Positions 49,389 to 61,461 of a DNA stretch of 64,000 nucleotides are shown here, piece after piece. A program made the position numbers and the translations under genes. The notes under the pieces were generated by a model. That model was not told the DNA's origin. It saw only the letters and a program-made list of their open reading frames with translations, and ran no database searches. Position 1 is the stretch's first letter, and each line of letters opens with the position of its first letter. The stretch is from Ylistrum balloti (taxonomy: Eukaryota): NCBI RefSeq assembly GCF_031769215.1, contig NW_026782001.1:868001-932000 (forward strand), written 5' to 3'.

Positions 49389-52300
49389 ATCTAGTAGACC
49401 TCAGCCTGGATATTGTGTCTAAATAGTCATGATTTCCATGGCAAAAGCACACAAGGAAATTATTGCGTGTACAGACATAGAATTACTTTGTATGTATTCT
49501 TAAACAGCCCGCCTATCATGTGAACGGGGAATGTATATCTGAGTGGTGAGACTGACATGCAAGCCAGTCATTTTGTTAGACAGGAATCTGTATGGATTAA
49601 ACATGCTACATACCTTGGTCTGTCTTGAATCTGTTCAAAAGTTGTGTGTTTAAAACGAAAATCCAAAACCATGTGAGAAGGGAAGCTTTGAGGTGATAGA
49701 ATTCACGAACCAATTGGAAACAATGTCAGTTTAGATTTAGGAGTAACAAAAAAGGATTAATTCCCATAATCCAACAAAGAAATGATCTGTGTTCAGTTCC
49801 ACACATAGCAGTGCGATTTCACAGATGTCATTAATAGAAATTGAACGTTAATGCGTTTGAAATGACTGAAAAATTAAAACCGAGTTCATTCTCACCTTGC
49901 AAGTGAAACTAAATGAACATCACACTTTTGCAAAGAGCTTGGTTTTCTATGATTTCATTAGAAATTTATCATGTGCCATTGGTCTTTAATCCAAGTAACG
50001 AGGAAGCCATCTGCCCCCTCCTAGAGCACTGTCCTCCGTGATTGTCATGCTAATTGTGTTTCTGATCAATAGAACCCTTCAGCATATTCTACAGATCCTT
50101 GCATAGTCATCTTTTACGGCTTCTGGCATATTCCGTTTGTCAATCAGGCACAATGAAATCCGTCAGGGTGCCATCAGGTCATGTGACGAGGACCGACATC
50201 AGATTTTATTGTAATTTGGTGCTCTCACCACTATTCAGACGCCTGCGACTAAATATTACCGGAAAATGCTCCATGTTATTCCAACTCTTTTGGATGGTGC
50301 TCATGGGATGAATGCAGACCAAGAGTCGAGAAGGAAAGAATGGAGTTGATTGTAATGATAACTCCAGGGAAACTTTACAAAATAGAATTCACTTCTGAAT
50401 ACTGGAGACAAAATGGCACTGAAACAGTTACTTCTGTCCACAGATCAATATGTACTGTGTTCTCTCCTCATGTACTGTATTTTAAGTGAACTTTGAAAAT
50501 CGTGTTTTACACCACCTTCAATACCATCAGAAGTAAATTTTTTAACAGCTTGTAATTACACTGATCTGTCCATTGTCCAGCAAATGTTCCACTAAAAGCA
50601 CATGGCTGAATTTTGGTGTATAACCAGATTATCTAGGGTCACAAAGTTCCCTCACGTAAATTTTATGAGCCAGCGTAAACCTAGAACTTCCTATACTTGT
50701 CACACCTTTGAACTCTACACGTAAAATCAACACATGATTCAGATTCCCTATATACCCACGATTCTGATCTCGGGGATATCCCAGGTGCAGGCTTATTCCA
50801 CATGTACCTCTATATGACTGTAATATATATATGCTTTTTTTGTCTTGTGAGTGGGTTTCTGTCTGTATGTGATTTCCGCTCGAGTGACAACCGTGTTTTC
50901 TATGCTTGACTGATCTACAATACAACCACAATAGATAGATGTGCCCTTATCGTGTTGAGCCGTTACCTGTTGCTTTGTTCTTGGGTACCGATCAAAACTA
51001 TGTTGTAGCAGGATTCGGTTACTAAACCACCTGAAGTTTAATAGGCACCTCACATGCAAACGGATGTCTGGGCTACAATGTGGTGCTTCTGTACGTGATG
51101 TGCACTCGACCCAATGTAATTCTATCATAGTTAAAAACATCATGCAAAAACGGGGAAAAAAATCAGTTGGCACATTTGTCTTCACGACATGAAACGCACA
51201 ATGTGCAATATTGACTCAATGAAACACAAAAACAGTACGTTTGTCTTGAAGGCTTGTAATAAACAACATGTTATATACAAACACAAGAATAGCTGACGAC
51301 ATCTGATAGGCCATGCGTGCACAGTCATCATGCGATGTCATTTTTCTTTTCAGAAACCCAAGGCAGAAATAGAATATGAACACCAAGTGAGATCATTGAA
51401 ATGTGAGAGATGTTCGTGACATTTGTCGTGTAGAAAACCTAGAAGTACATCATCAGTAATAAATACGTAGTTGGAAGGCAATATCTGATACACCACTAGA
51501 ATCCAAGTCACAAGGATGGTATTTATCTTAACCTAAGAAGTGCTTCATAAAGACTATCCAATATTCTTTAAGCTTCGCTTGGCTTTGTTGTAAATCATAA
51601 GACTGTTGTTAATCTTAAGCCAACTTGAACATCTGTTTTGGCAAATTTAAAATAAATTCATTTTTATTTCATATATATAAATAACATTTTTCAGAAGTGG
51701 TGAATTTAAAAATAAAATTTTCAGATATAAAGTCGTAGAAACATTCATAAAAATAAAACAGGCCATTTACATTATAAAATTCTTCTAATGTAAAAACTCT
51801 GTCATATTAAAGTTTGCAAAATTTAAAAAGAAGATTCACTGTGAAAGATAACTTATCTTTTAGATGCTCTGATCATCAATGGTGGGAAATCTAAGCTGTC
51901 GATCTTCAATCATTTACAGATAAGCTAGCCAGTCTCTTAAAAATTATTTGATAAACGTTGCAAAGTGAGTCCTATAGAAAATTTATATTTGACAAAATAT
52001 TGGATTATCATCTTTTAGATGATATCCTTGAATGAGGATGTTTTTGTTATAAAGCACATGAACAAAGTGAACCACTACATGGCTGAGGACTCATTTTATA
52101 AAAAAATATTGTCAGAGTATGTCATCATGTTTTCAGAAGTAGATTTGTATTAAGATTAAAGATATCCATTTATTTTTTAACACATATATGTCTTCAGTGA
52201 ATGAAAAGCAGCTGTGAATCTTCAATACATACATTAGCAGATAAAAAAATGATGTTGTACATTTATACAGCTGAGTATAGGCTTGTGTAACGTGAGAGAA

Positions 52301-53213
52301 GTCTGTATCATTCTTTATTTCTACTTTCAGTTTACATTGATTGGAATCAAGGAGACATTGATAGATACAAAATATATATTTCTGTTTCTAATAAAAGTAT
52401 CTGTGATATTGTAACCATATTAATTTGCTCACGTTTAGTTACAGTGATCATATATGTCCGTATAAGGTATTCAGTGGATGATTCCAGTAAGATTCTATTT
52501 TAAGACAGATCAAATAATCCACTAAATGTTTCTAGTAGCTTGAGGGATTGGGGAAAAAACAATTTTATCAAAGGAGTTTTTGAACAGATTTGACTGTGTT
52601 AAGAACGAGATGACCCTAATGTAGTGTTTACCTGATGGCTCTTTATCAGGTATGTGTTCATTAGCTCTTCTCACCTGAAGAACTTTTAAACTCAGACCTT
52701 TGACAGAATCATTAAAATCTCATCTTGCTATCTTTCGATCTGGAACCTTGGACGTTGATAGATCACATTTTAACAAAAACCGCTAAGAACATGATCCGTT
52801 GTATAACAAAACCTTGGATAAACAAAAACAGCCTTGAACAGGTTTGTTATATAATACAAGTGGGAATAAACAAACAGCAGGATATCAATCATTGATGTAA
52901 CAGAAGTGTAAAAGTACGAGGACACGGTTGGTAATAACATAACGAGGTTGTCCTGTTTGTGCCAGCGGATAATTAATATCCCACCTTGGTATAATCAAAT
53001 CTCCAACAGATACACACCTGGAAACATACCAAGAGGTCATACCTATAGGGCCGTGCTAACTACTTGGTTATGTATTTAGTAGCACAAGTATTGTCTGGTT
53101 TATATTAGATTTCTTTCCATCATAAATGTCTGATACTTGATCAAGAAAAAAAGTTTTGGAGACAACATTTACCATGGTATGCATGTATACAGTCTTGTTG
53201 TATTGCCCAAGTG

Positions 53214-54055
53214 ATCATGGTGCTTCCTCATGTCATCATGGTACTTCCCCACTTCATCATGGTACTATCCCACTTCATCATGGTGCTACCCCACTTCATC
53301 ATGGTGCTACCCACTTCATCATGGTGCTACCCACTTCATCATGGTACTTCCCCACTTCATCATGGTACTATCCCACTTCATCATGGTACTTCCCCACTTC
53401 ATCATGGTACTATCCCACTTCATCATGGTGCTACCCCACTTCATCATGGTGCTACCCATTTCATCATGGTGCTACGCCACATCATCATGGTACTTCCCCA
53501 CTTCATCATGGTGCTACCCCACATCATGATGGTACTACCCACTTCATCATGGTACTACCCCACTTCATCATGATGCTACCAACTTCATCATGGTGCTACC
53601 CCACATCATGATGGTACTACCCCACTTCATCATGATGCTACCCCACTTCATCATGATGCTACCCCACATCATCATGGTGCTACCCCATTTCATCATGATG
53701 CTACCCCACATCATCATGGTGCTACCCCATTTCATCATGGTGCTACCCTACATCACCATGGTGCTACCCCACATCATGATGGTACTTCCCCACTTCATCA
53801 TGGTGCTACCCCACTTCATCATGGTGCTACCCACTTCATCATGGTGCTACCCCACATCATGATGGTACTACCCCACTTCATCATGGTGCTACCCCACATC
53901 ATCATGGTGCTACCCTACATCATCATGGTGCTACCCCACATCATCATGGTGCTACCCCACATCATGATGGTACTACCCCACTTCATCATGGTGCTACCCC
54001 ACTTCATCATGATGCTACGCCACATCATGATGGTACTACCCACTTCATCATGGTG
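53214..54055. repeat. 21-bp (some 20-bp) minisatellite, ~40 copies
   Basis: Unit CATCATGGTGCTACCCCACTT; accounts for the overlapping MVLPHFI/HHG/SSWCYP ORFs in the track. Confidence 0.96.
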
Positions 54056-55473
54056 TTGTCCAACTTAAACTTGGGATACCTAACACTAGCAGTAAAGCCA
54101 ATTTCAGGGTAGTGTTACCTGATTAAAGCATGGTGTAAAATGCAATTTGGTGGTACTACAAAATTGCAATGCTGTGTAACCAAACTTCACAGCGTTACAC
54201 AATCTTTTTATTGTTTTACATACTTCTCTACTTGTGATTACCTTAGAGACATTAATTTTTAAATTTTGCAAAAGATAATCTGCAAAATAATGTACAACAA
54301 TTTGATAATATTTCACTCAATGTAAATTTAACTACTGCACAACCAATTACTTTCGTGGGGATATATTTTGGTGTAATTCATGTGTACTCATAAAGGATAC
54401 TGATAAACAGAAGTTTACATGATTATGGTACTAATGGATTTTGTGAGCAAGATTTCTCCACAAAATCAAATGCTGGTGAAAGTTGTTTTTGTTTGAAAAC
54501 CATAAAATTTGAACCCCACAACAATATGTGATTTTACAGTATTCTAAACAGACATTGGTAGGATTGTCCATAAACCATTAGAATAATGGATTTCAGGACA
54601 TTAATTAGTTTTTGATATTTTTATGTGATTTTTTTTTTCATTTATCATTCATTGTGGTCTTTAAACATCATGTTATGTAACAAAAAGTCAAATTCTATAA
54701 CAATTATTGTCACCACTGAAGCATCTTCACTGCTTCCATTCTGTGACGTTTGTGTTTGTATTGATGTTAAGAGATATTTTATGTGATGTAGCTCCCTCAA
54801 TAAATAGAGAACAGATTAAAGTCTATACAGTGATTTTTCATCATTAATTCTTCATGATTTCTCTAAATCTGACAATAAATGTCAAGCTTACCTGCAGTTA
54901 ATTAAACAAAGTGTGGTGTTAACTCCTGGTATATAAGAGTCCTTTATCCAAGAAACTTTTATGGTAATTCTGCGTAGACTGATCAAAGACGTGGCAGCAC
55001 AACTAAAGCATCAACACAAACTGTTCCGTCTATTTTATGGACTTGGCTAACTATAAGATTATAAAAGTAAGCCACAGACACCTGCCCGAGTGGCCAGGCG
55101 AGATGGTTACAGGTGTATATAAGTGTTCCTTGGTCACGGGTCACTTAACACATGTCTTGGTTGACTTAAATAAATACTTGTTATCTATTCTCCCTGACAC
55201 CTCCGTATGGCTCCCGGCTGCAGACCTAAAGTCCAGGTGTTGGTTCTCGACACCTCTACCACAGACTGCCTCTGTGATGGTCACACCCGTTTAAATACTC
55301 CATCAGTGGTGTTTCAGTTGTGGTTCTGTGTGTATATACGGACAGATCTCAAATGGGGCTCTACTGAGTGGTAGTATCACACCAGTATAAATGTCATTAC
55401 CACAAAAATGCTGGTCAACAAAAAATTGTCACAAGTCAGAGTCAACATCTAATGTGAAAAAGGTGTGAATTAT

Positions 55474-55830
55474 CACCCTTACTAGGGCCCAGGTTAGCCT
55501 TGATATTCCTGTAAATGGTGATAGTCATCACCCTTACAAGGGCTCAGGTCAGCCTCAATATTACTGTAAATGGAGTTGTCACCCTTACAAGGGCTCAGGT
55601 CAGCCTTAATATTACTGTAAATGGAGTTGTCACCTTTACAAGGGCTCAGTTCAGCCTTAATATTACACGATTTAGTGATTATCACCCTTAAAAGGGCTCA
55701 GGTCAGACTCAATATTCCTGTAAATGGAGTTGTCACCATTACAAAGGCTCGGGTCAGGCTTAATATTACTGAAAATGTTGATATTTAAAACCCTTTTAAG
55801 GCTCAGGTTAGCCTCAATATTCCTGTAAAC
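55474..55830. repeat. 51-bp minisatellite, ~7 copies
   Basis: Unit CACCCTTACAAGGGCTCAGGTCAGCCTCAATATTACTGTAAATGGAGTTGT at 55529, 55580, 55631, 55683 and 55734. Confidence 0.92.
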
Positions 55831-57234
55831 TTATCTGATGACAATGTTAATTAACAGGTAACCACACCAAATAGTAGTAAACTTACCTGACGACAGTGTT
55901 AATTAACAGGTTACCACACCAGATAGTCGTAAACTTACCTGACAGTGTTAATTAACAGGTAACCACACCAGATAGTAGTAAACTTACCTGACGACAGTGT
56001 TAATTAACAGGTTACCACACCAGGTAGTAGTAAACTTATCTGATGACAGTGTTAATTAACAGGTAACCACACCAGATAGTACTAAACTTACCTGACGACA
56101 GTGTTAATTAACAGGTAACCACACCAGATAGTAGTAAACTTATCTGATGACAGTGTTAATTAACAGGTAACCACACCAGATAGTAGTAAACTTACCTGAC
56201 GACAGTGTTAATTAACAGGTAACCACACCAGATAGTAGTAAACTTACCTGATGACAGTGTTAATTAACAGGTAACCACACCAGATAGTACTAAACTTACC
56301 TGATGACAGTGTTAATTAACAGGTAACCACACCAGATAGTAGTAAACTTACCTGATGACAGTGTTAATTAACAGGTAACCACACCAGATAGTAGTAAACT
56401 TATCTGATGACAGTGTTAATTAACAGGTAACCACACCAGATAGTAGTAAACTTACCTGACAGTGTTAATTAACAGGTAACCACACCAGATAGTAGTAAAC
56501 TTATCTGATGACGGTGTTAATTAACAGGTAACCACATCAGATAGTACTAAACTTATCTGACGACAGTGTTAATTAACAGGTAACCACACCAGATAGTAGC
56601 AAACTTACCTGACAGTGTTAATTAACAGGTAACCACACCAGATAGTAGTAAACTTACCTGACGACAGTGTTAATTAAGAGGTAACCACACCAGATAGTAG
56701 TAAACTTACCTGACAGTGTTAATTAACAGGTAACCACACCAGATAGTAGTAAACTTACCTGATGACAGTGTTAATTAACAGGTAACCACACCAGATAGTA
56801 GTAAACTTACCTGATGACAGTGTTAATTAACAGGTAACCACACCAGATAGTAGTAAACTTACCTGACAGTGTTAATTAACAGGTAACCACACCAGATAGT
56901 AGTAAACTTACCTGATGACAGTGTTAATTAACAGGTAACCACACCAGATAGTAGTAAACTTACCTGACGACAGTGTTAATTAAGAGGTAACCACACCAGA
57001 TAGTAGTAAACTTATCTGATGACAGTGTTAATTAACAGGTAACCACACCAGATAGTAGTAAATTTACCTGATGACAGTGTTAATTAACAGGTAACCACAC
57101 CAGATAGTAGTAAACTTACCTGACAGTGTTAATTAACAGGTAACCACACCAGATAGTAGTAAATTTACCTGATGACAGTGTTAATTAACAGGTAACCACA
57201 CCAGATAGTAGTAAATTTACCTGACAGTGTTAAT
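55827..57234. repeat. 52/49-bp minisatellite, ~27 copies
   Basis: Unit AAACTTACCTG(ATG/ACG/-)ACAGTGTTAATTAACAGGTAACCACACCAGATAGTAGT. Confidence 0.97.
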
Positions 57235-59880
57235 TTTGTTGATTAAGTAATGTTATATCTGCAGTCTGTTCACCAGTTTTCTTAAAGAATGAACTAAACA
57301 TATTGTCAACCATTTATTAATACTACCGTTTATGTCCATAATTGGCCTCCAATTCAATTATCTTATTACCTGCCTTCACACGGTGAATATCCAGGTGCTC
57401 TCCGAGCAGTTTTCCCATGCGTGTAGGTATTTTTGGCCCTATAGATTCACAGTATTTTTTTACAAGGTTTATACCTGGTTAGCTAAGTTATGGAGGGATA
57501 TTTTTTATCTCTTAGAGAGCCTTGTAATGGACACTGTTGCTCGGAGGGTTTCACCACATTTTAGTGAACTCGTAAAAAAATGTACCCACCTTATATTCCT
57601 TACTCTGAACTTAACTTAAAAGAGAAATGTAATCTACACCCCCTCATCCAATGGGTAATTGTCCTGAGCTGGGCAATAAAATGGTTTAAAACGTTATTAT
57701 ATATCTGTAACGTAGAATCATGTTTGGACTTTAAAATTTGTATCAAACTGTTAAATGAGTGCAAACATTTTCATAGGGATTATATACAAGATATAAAATT
57801 TTCATGAGATAAGAACTTATGTCTTTAACGAAAACTTAATTAGATTACAAATATTAATGAGGCTTTAATTCATACCAAAAAGTCATTGTTTCGAAACTAA
57901 GAATAATTAATGTATTTTGATATCTTTGTGTATTTTTATCAAGACTATGTCAAATGATAAATTGGTGTGGTTGTATACAATTTGTATAATTTGTGAAAAA
58001 AGGAAGTTCTAGATGTATATTTAAAAAGAAGACGTGCTATTGTTTATACCTACAAACACTTTAATATAAGAGGGCAGCAAATCATACTGTAAAACACACA
58101 ACATCAGAAGTGGTTGGGGGAGGGGGGGGAAGATAAATCATGTTGAAGTTAAGGTATTAACAGGTGCAAACATTTGCAGGTAAGGCTTAAAAAGGTGTTC
58201 TTATTTATACGTAATAGAGTAATGACGCCCATAACAGTTTCAATGTCATTGACTGAACACTTAAATAAATGGACCGTGTTTGTATATATCAGTAATAAAT
58301 TACAGACTGGGATGTGTTCCTGGGAAAATCATAAATTTTTTCGGGTAGTTTTTGTAGGTAGGTGAGAAACCTGGAGCCATTTGAAGTTTTTGTCAATATG
58401 GTAACCTAGTTACTTAAGTTCCTCTTAAAAATTTCGAATATAAAAATTTTTAAAAAGTTGACAGTTGTTGGCTGTATGTACTTTTCAGACATATAGATAT
58501 AAAAATACTGCTCAACAGAAAACTGCTAAATTCCAATCGCAAACATTTTCTTTTTGTCAGTGTGATGAATCGTAATCTTTGTTGATTTGCAGTTCTCAAT
58601 TAAGATATTAAAACCTTGGGCTACAATACGGGAAAGTTTTAAAAGAAAATGAAAATCGATCTATTCAGATAATTCTGTATAGAAAACAATAATTAAAAAT
58701 AACTTTTTTTGTATGTTTTTTGGTTTGGGAACAAAAGATTGTTGGTTTTTTTTGTTGGTCAGGCAGTATTAAGTTTAGGAAGATCTCGGACACATGACTT
58801 TCCTTCCTGATCTTTTGAAACTGTTTTTTCAGGTTGGTAAAAATATATTTCATAATGTGATTTATATAGTATAGTATGTTTATGACTTCTTTTTTTACCA
58901 AACGTACTTTGAACTATATATATCATATCAATTTTAGAATATTTCATTGTTGTGTTATATAAACCAGTAGCTGTATAGAACATGTACCTTAAACACATTT
59001 GTAACTGTCAGTAACTAGGTATAGACTATAGAAATGATGGTTCTGATATCATCACATCTGGCAATAGCTTATGCCTGAAAATAAGCCCACCAACACCTAT
59101 TGGAGTTTCAAAATGACAGTAATGTCTGCTATATCATTGTCCCATGATAAGCCCATTTCCTGATCTGAGTCTGAAGTTTTGATTCCAAGGCATATTGGAG
59201 GATACAGGCAGTGCTTCCAGTATCACAGAGACCCATGTGTTGTGTATAGAATTTAGTTCAGAAATCTGTACATGTTTAAGACCAAGACAGGTGACATGGA
59301 ATCAGCGCCAAAAATGAACAGAAACCTATACTGTAAATGTAACGTGTTTTAGTGGTAATTGTATTTCAGCACTTTTCATGATGAACACATTCTGTGAAAT
59401 TATGATTACAATCATTGTTGATACAATAATTCATCATTATGCAAATTTGTTCAAGTTTAGGTATGCTCTAGAATTTTAATCGACAAAATAGAACGTTGAC
59501 AGTAATTGTCTTTATTGTATTTCAGAATTTTCCATTATGTGACAAATGTTATGTCCAGAAATGTGGTTTATTGGTTGATTTATTGATGGTTTTTGCTATA
59601 AACAAATGTTATGTCCAATAGCAAGGTTGTTTAGCCAGTTAAATGGCCACTTACCTTATACTACTTACTAGAACAAATGTACTGGCACTTAGAATGAACG
59701 AGGATATCTTTCACTCTGGCTTAGTCAATCTTGCTGCTTACTAATCCTAGCATGCTAAAGGAACATTTATCTATTAGAGAAGACAGGAATCTTCATTTCC
59801 TTTTTCTACACATGAATTAAACATTCCCTCAAAGGACACAAATTCATCATCAACACAGTTGATATAGTGGTAGTACATAC

Positions 59881-59971
59881 CTAGTCCCTGAGGTGGTGAG
59901 GGATCTGGGGTTGTCCATTTGTCTGGTGCTATGTTCCCCACCTTGATGAAGCCTCACTGGACCTGCTGGAC
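59881..59971 (-). other. Candidate 91-nt exon on the minus strand (gene assignment unknown)
   Basis: Strong acceptor TTCCTCTCTTCGCTTGTAG|G and donor CTAG|GTATGT around a GC-rich island in AT-rich DNA; one open frame (PAGPVRLHQGGEHSTRQMDNPRSLTTSGT). Confidence 0.4.
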
Positions 59972-61189
59972 CTACAAGCGAAGAGAGGAATACATGCTGT
60001 AAATTGATCCATACCCAGATATATGTATAAAACCTCCACATTTAATATCCTCTCAGACAGAAGAGATAAAACAAAATTGATTTTGTGCTCGTTTGTAATA
60101 TCCCCTATGGTCGTGTCCATTCCTTCACACCTTCCCTATAGCCCATGTGCTTTATCACGACATTATCATTCTAGCCTCGTTTTATATCACACTAGCTTAC
60201 AACAGTTTGTTTTCATTTAAAATAATACATAATTAGATATTTTTAAAGACATTTTCAGATACGTATATATATGTTTTTCTTCTGTAAAGTGGTATTTTTA
60301 AGGTATTAAACCTGTAAATATATTGTTTCTTGTAGTATCATTATTCAGACAAAGATGCCTAGTTGACAAGGCTTGGATGTCAATGCAGGTCTAATGCTGT
60401 TCCTAGATAAGCCCACATTCTGAATGTTTGTTGTTGGCCAAGCAGTAGTCCCAGTAACCAGGAGACTTAAACCAGGGTAAAGAAATCTGCCGACATGTGG
60501 AACACTTTTGTCGCCAAATGTTGTCAATTAATTGTTGTACTGTCTGCTTTATGATTTTTATGTTAAACTTCATTCTATATTAATCATATTGATGTTTACT
60601 TTGACAATATCAACACAAGAAAAAAATAATACATTTGTCACAGTTGACATAATGGTGGGAAAAATGGTTGATTACGATATTGGGAATGTTTATTCACTAA
60701 GCTAAGATATCCTAAATGACAATGTGCATATTTCAATCAAAGGGCAGGTGAGGAGATGGTATCAGAATGTGTTAAAGTACAGGTGAGGGACAAGGTCATT
60801 TGAGGATACAAAGGGGAGATTACTCTAAATAAACACTATTTATCCTTCAGCAAACATGAGACATTCAATTCACATGTACAATTTAATCAGTACAGAAGGA
60901 ATGGTAAGATGGGATAAGAAAGCTTTCCGTATCATTGTCCTGGTGTCTAGACACAAAGACAAGGGCAAATAACTTGAAATAAAAGATGTCCTGATTTCTA
61001 ATGTTAGCATGCGGTCTCTATGATAAAGGTTTACCATCACTGGCCATAATTACATATTTATAAACTAAACTCATGCAAAACATGAATGTTATTCCTGCAG
61101 ACATTTGGAAGTTTTCTTGGTTGTTTTTAGTTCTTGCTAAAGCTATAAAGTCATATGAAGATGTCTATGGATGACAGGATCACTTAACT

Positions 61190-61461
61190 GTCATCACACT
61201 GGAATATTATGTGGACATGGTAGTATGACACCCTATCCAGTCACACCATACTGACTACATGGAAACTTTTATAGTGTCATCACACTGGAATATCATGTGG
61301 ACATGGTAGTATGACACCCTATCCAGTCACACCATACTGACTACATGGAAACTTTTATAGTGTCATCACACTGAAATATCATGTGGACATGGTAGTATGA
61401 CACCCCATCCAGTCACACCATACATGGAAACTTCTATAGTGTTGTCACACTGAAATATCAT
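61190..61461. repeat. 86-bp tandem repeat, ~3.3 copies
   Basis: Unit GTCATCACACTGGAATATCATGTGGACATGGTAGTATGACACCCTATCCAGTCACACCATACTGACTACATGGAAACTTTTATAGT at 61190, 61276 and 61362. Confidence 0.92.

Noticed and set aside
50629-51185. 130-aa and 100-aa ORFs
   Set aside because: No domain or splice support; consistent with chance ORFs in a GC-richer patch.
51844-51860. AAAGATAA-C-TTATCTTT palindrome and similar 8-bp inverted repeats (52628, 62669)
   Set aside because: A few such 8-bp arms are expected by chance in 64 kb of AT-rich DNA.
55827-57234. Tandem minimal hammerhead (CUGAYGA...GUAAC...GUA)
   Set aside because: The core reads GUAA, not GAAA, and stem III is unpaired; GGTAA is explained as the arm of the unit's palindrome.
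59881-59971. Selenoprotein exon (VQQVQ-UGA-GFIKVGNIAPDKWTTPDP)
   Set aside because: No recognisable selenoprotein motif around the UGA, no SECIS identified, and another frame is fully open.
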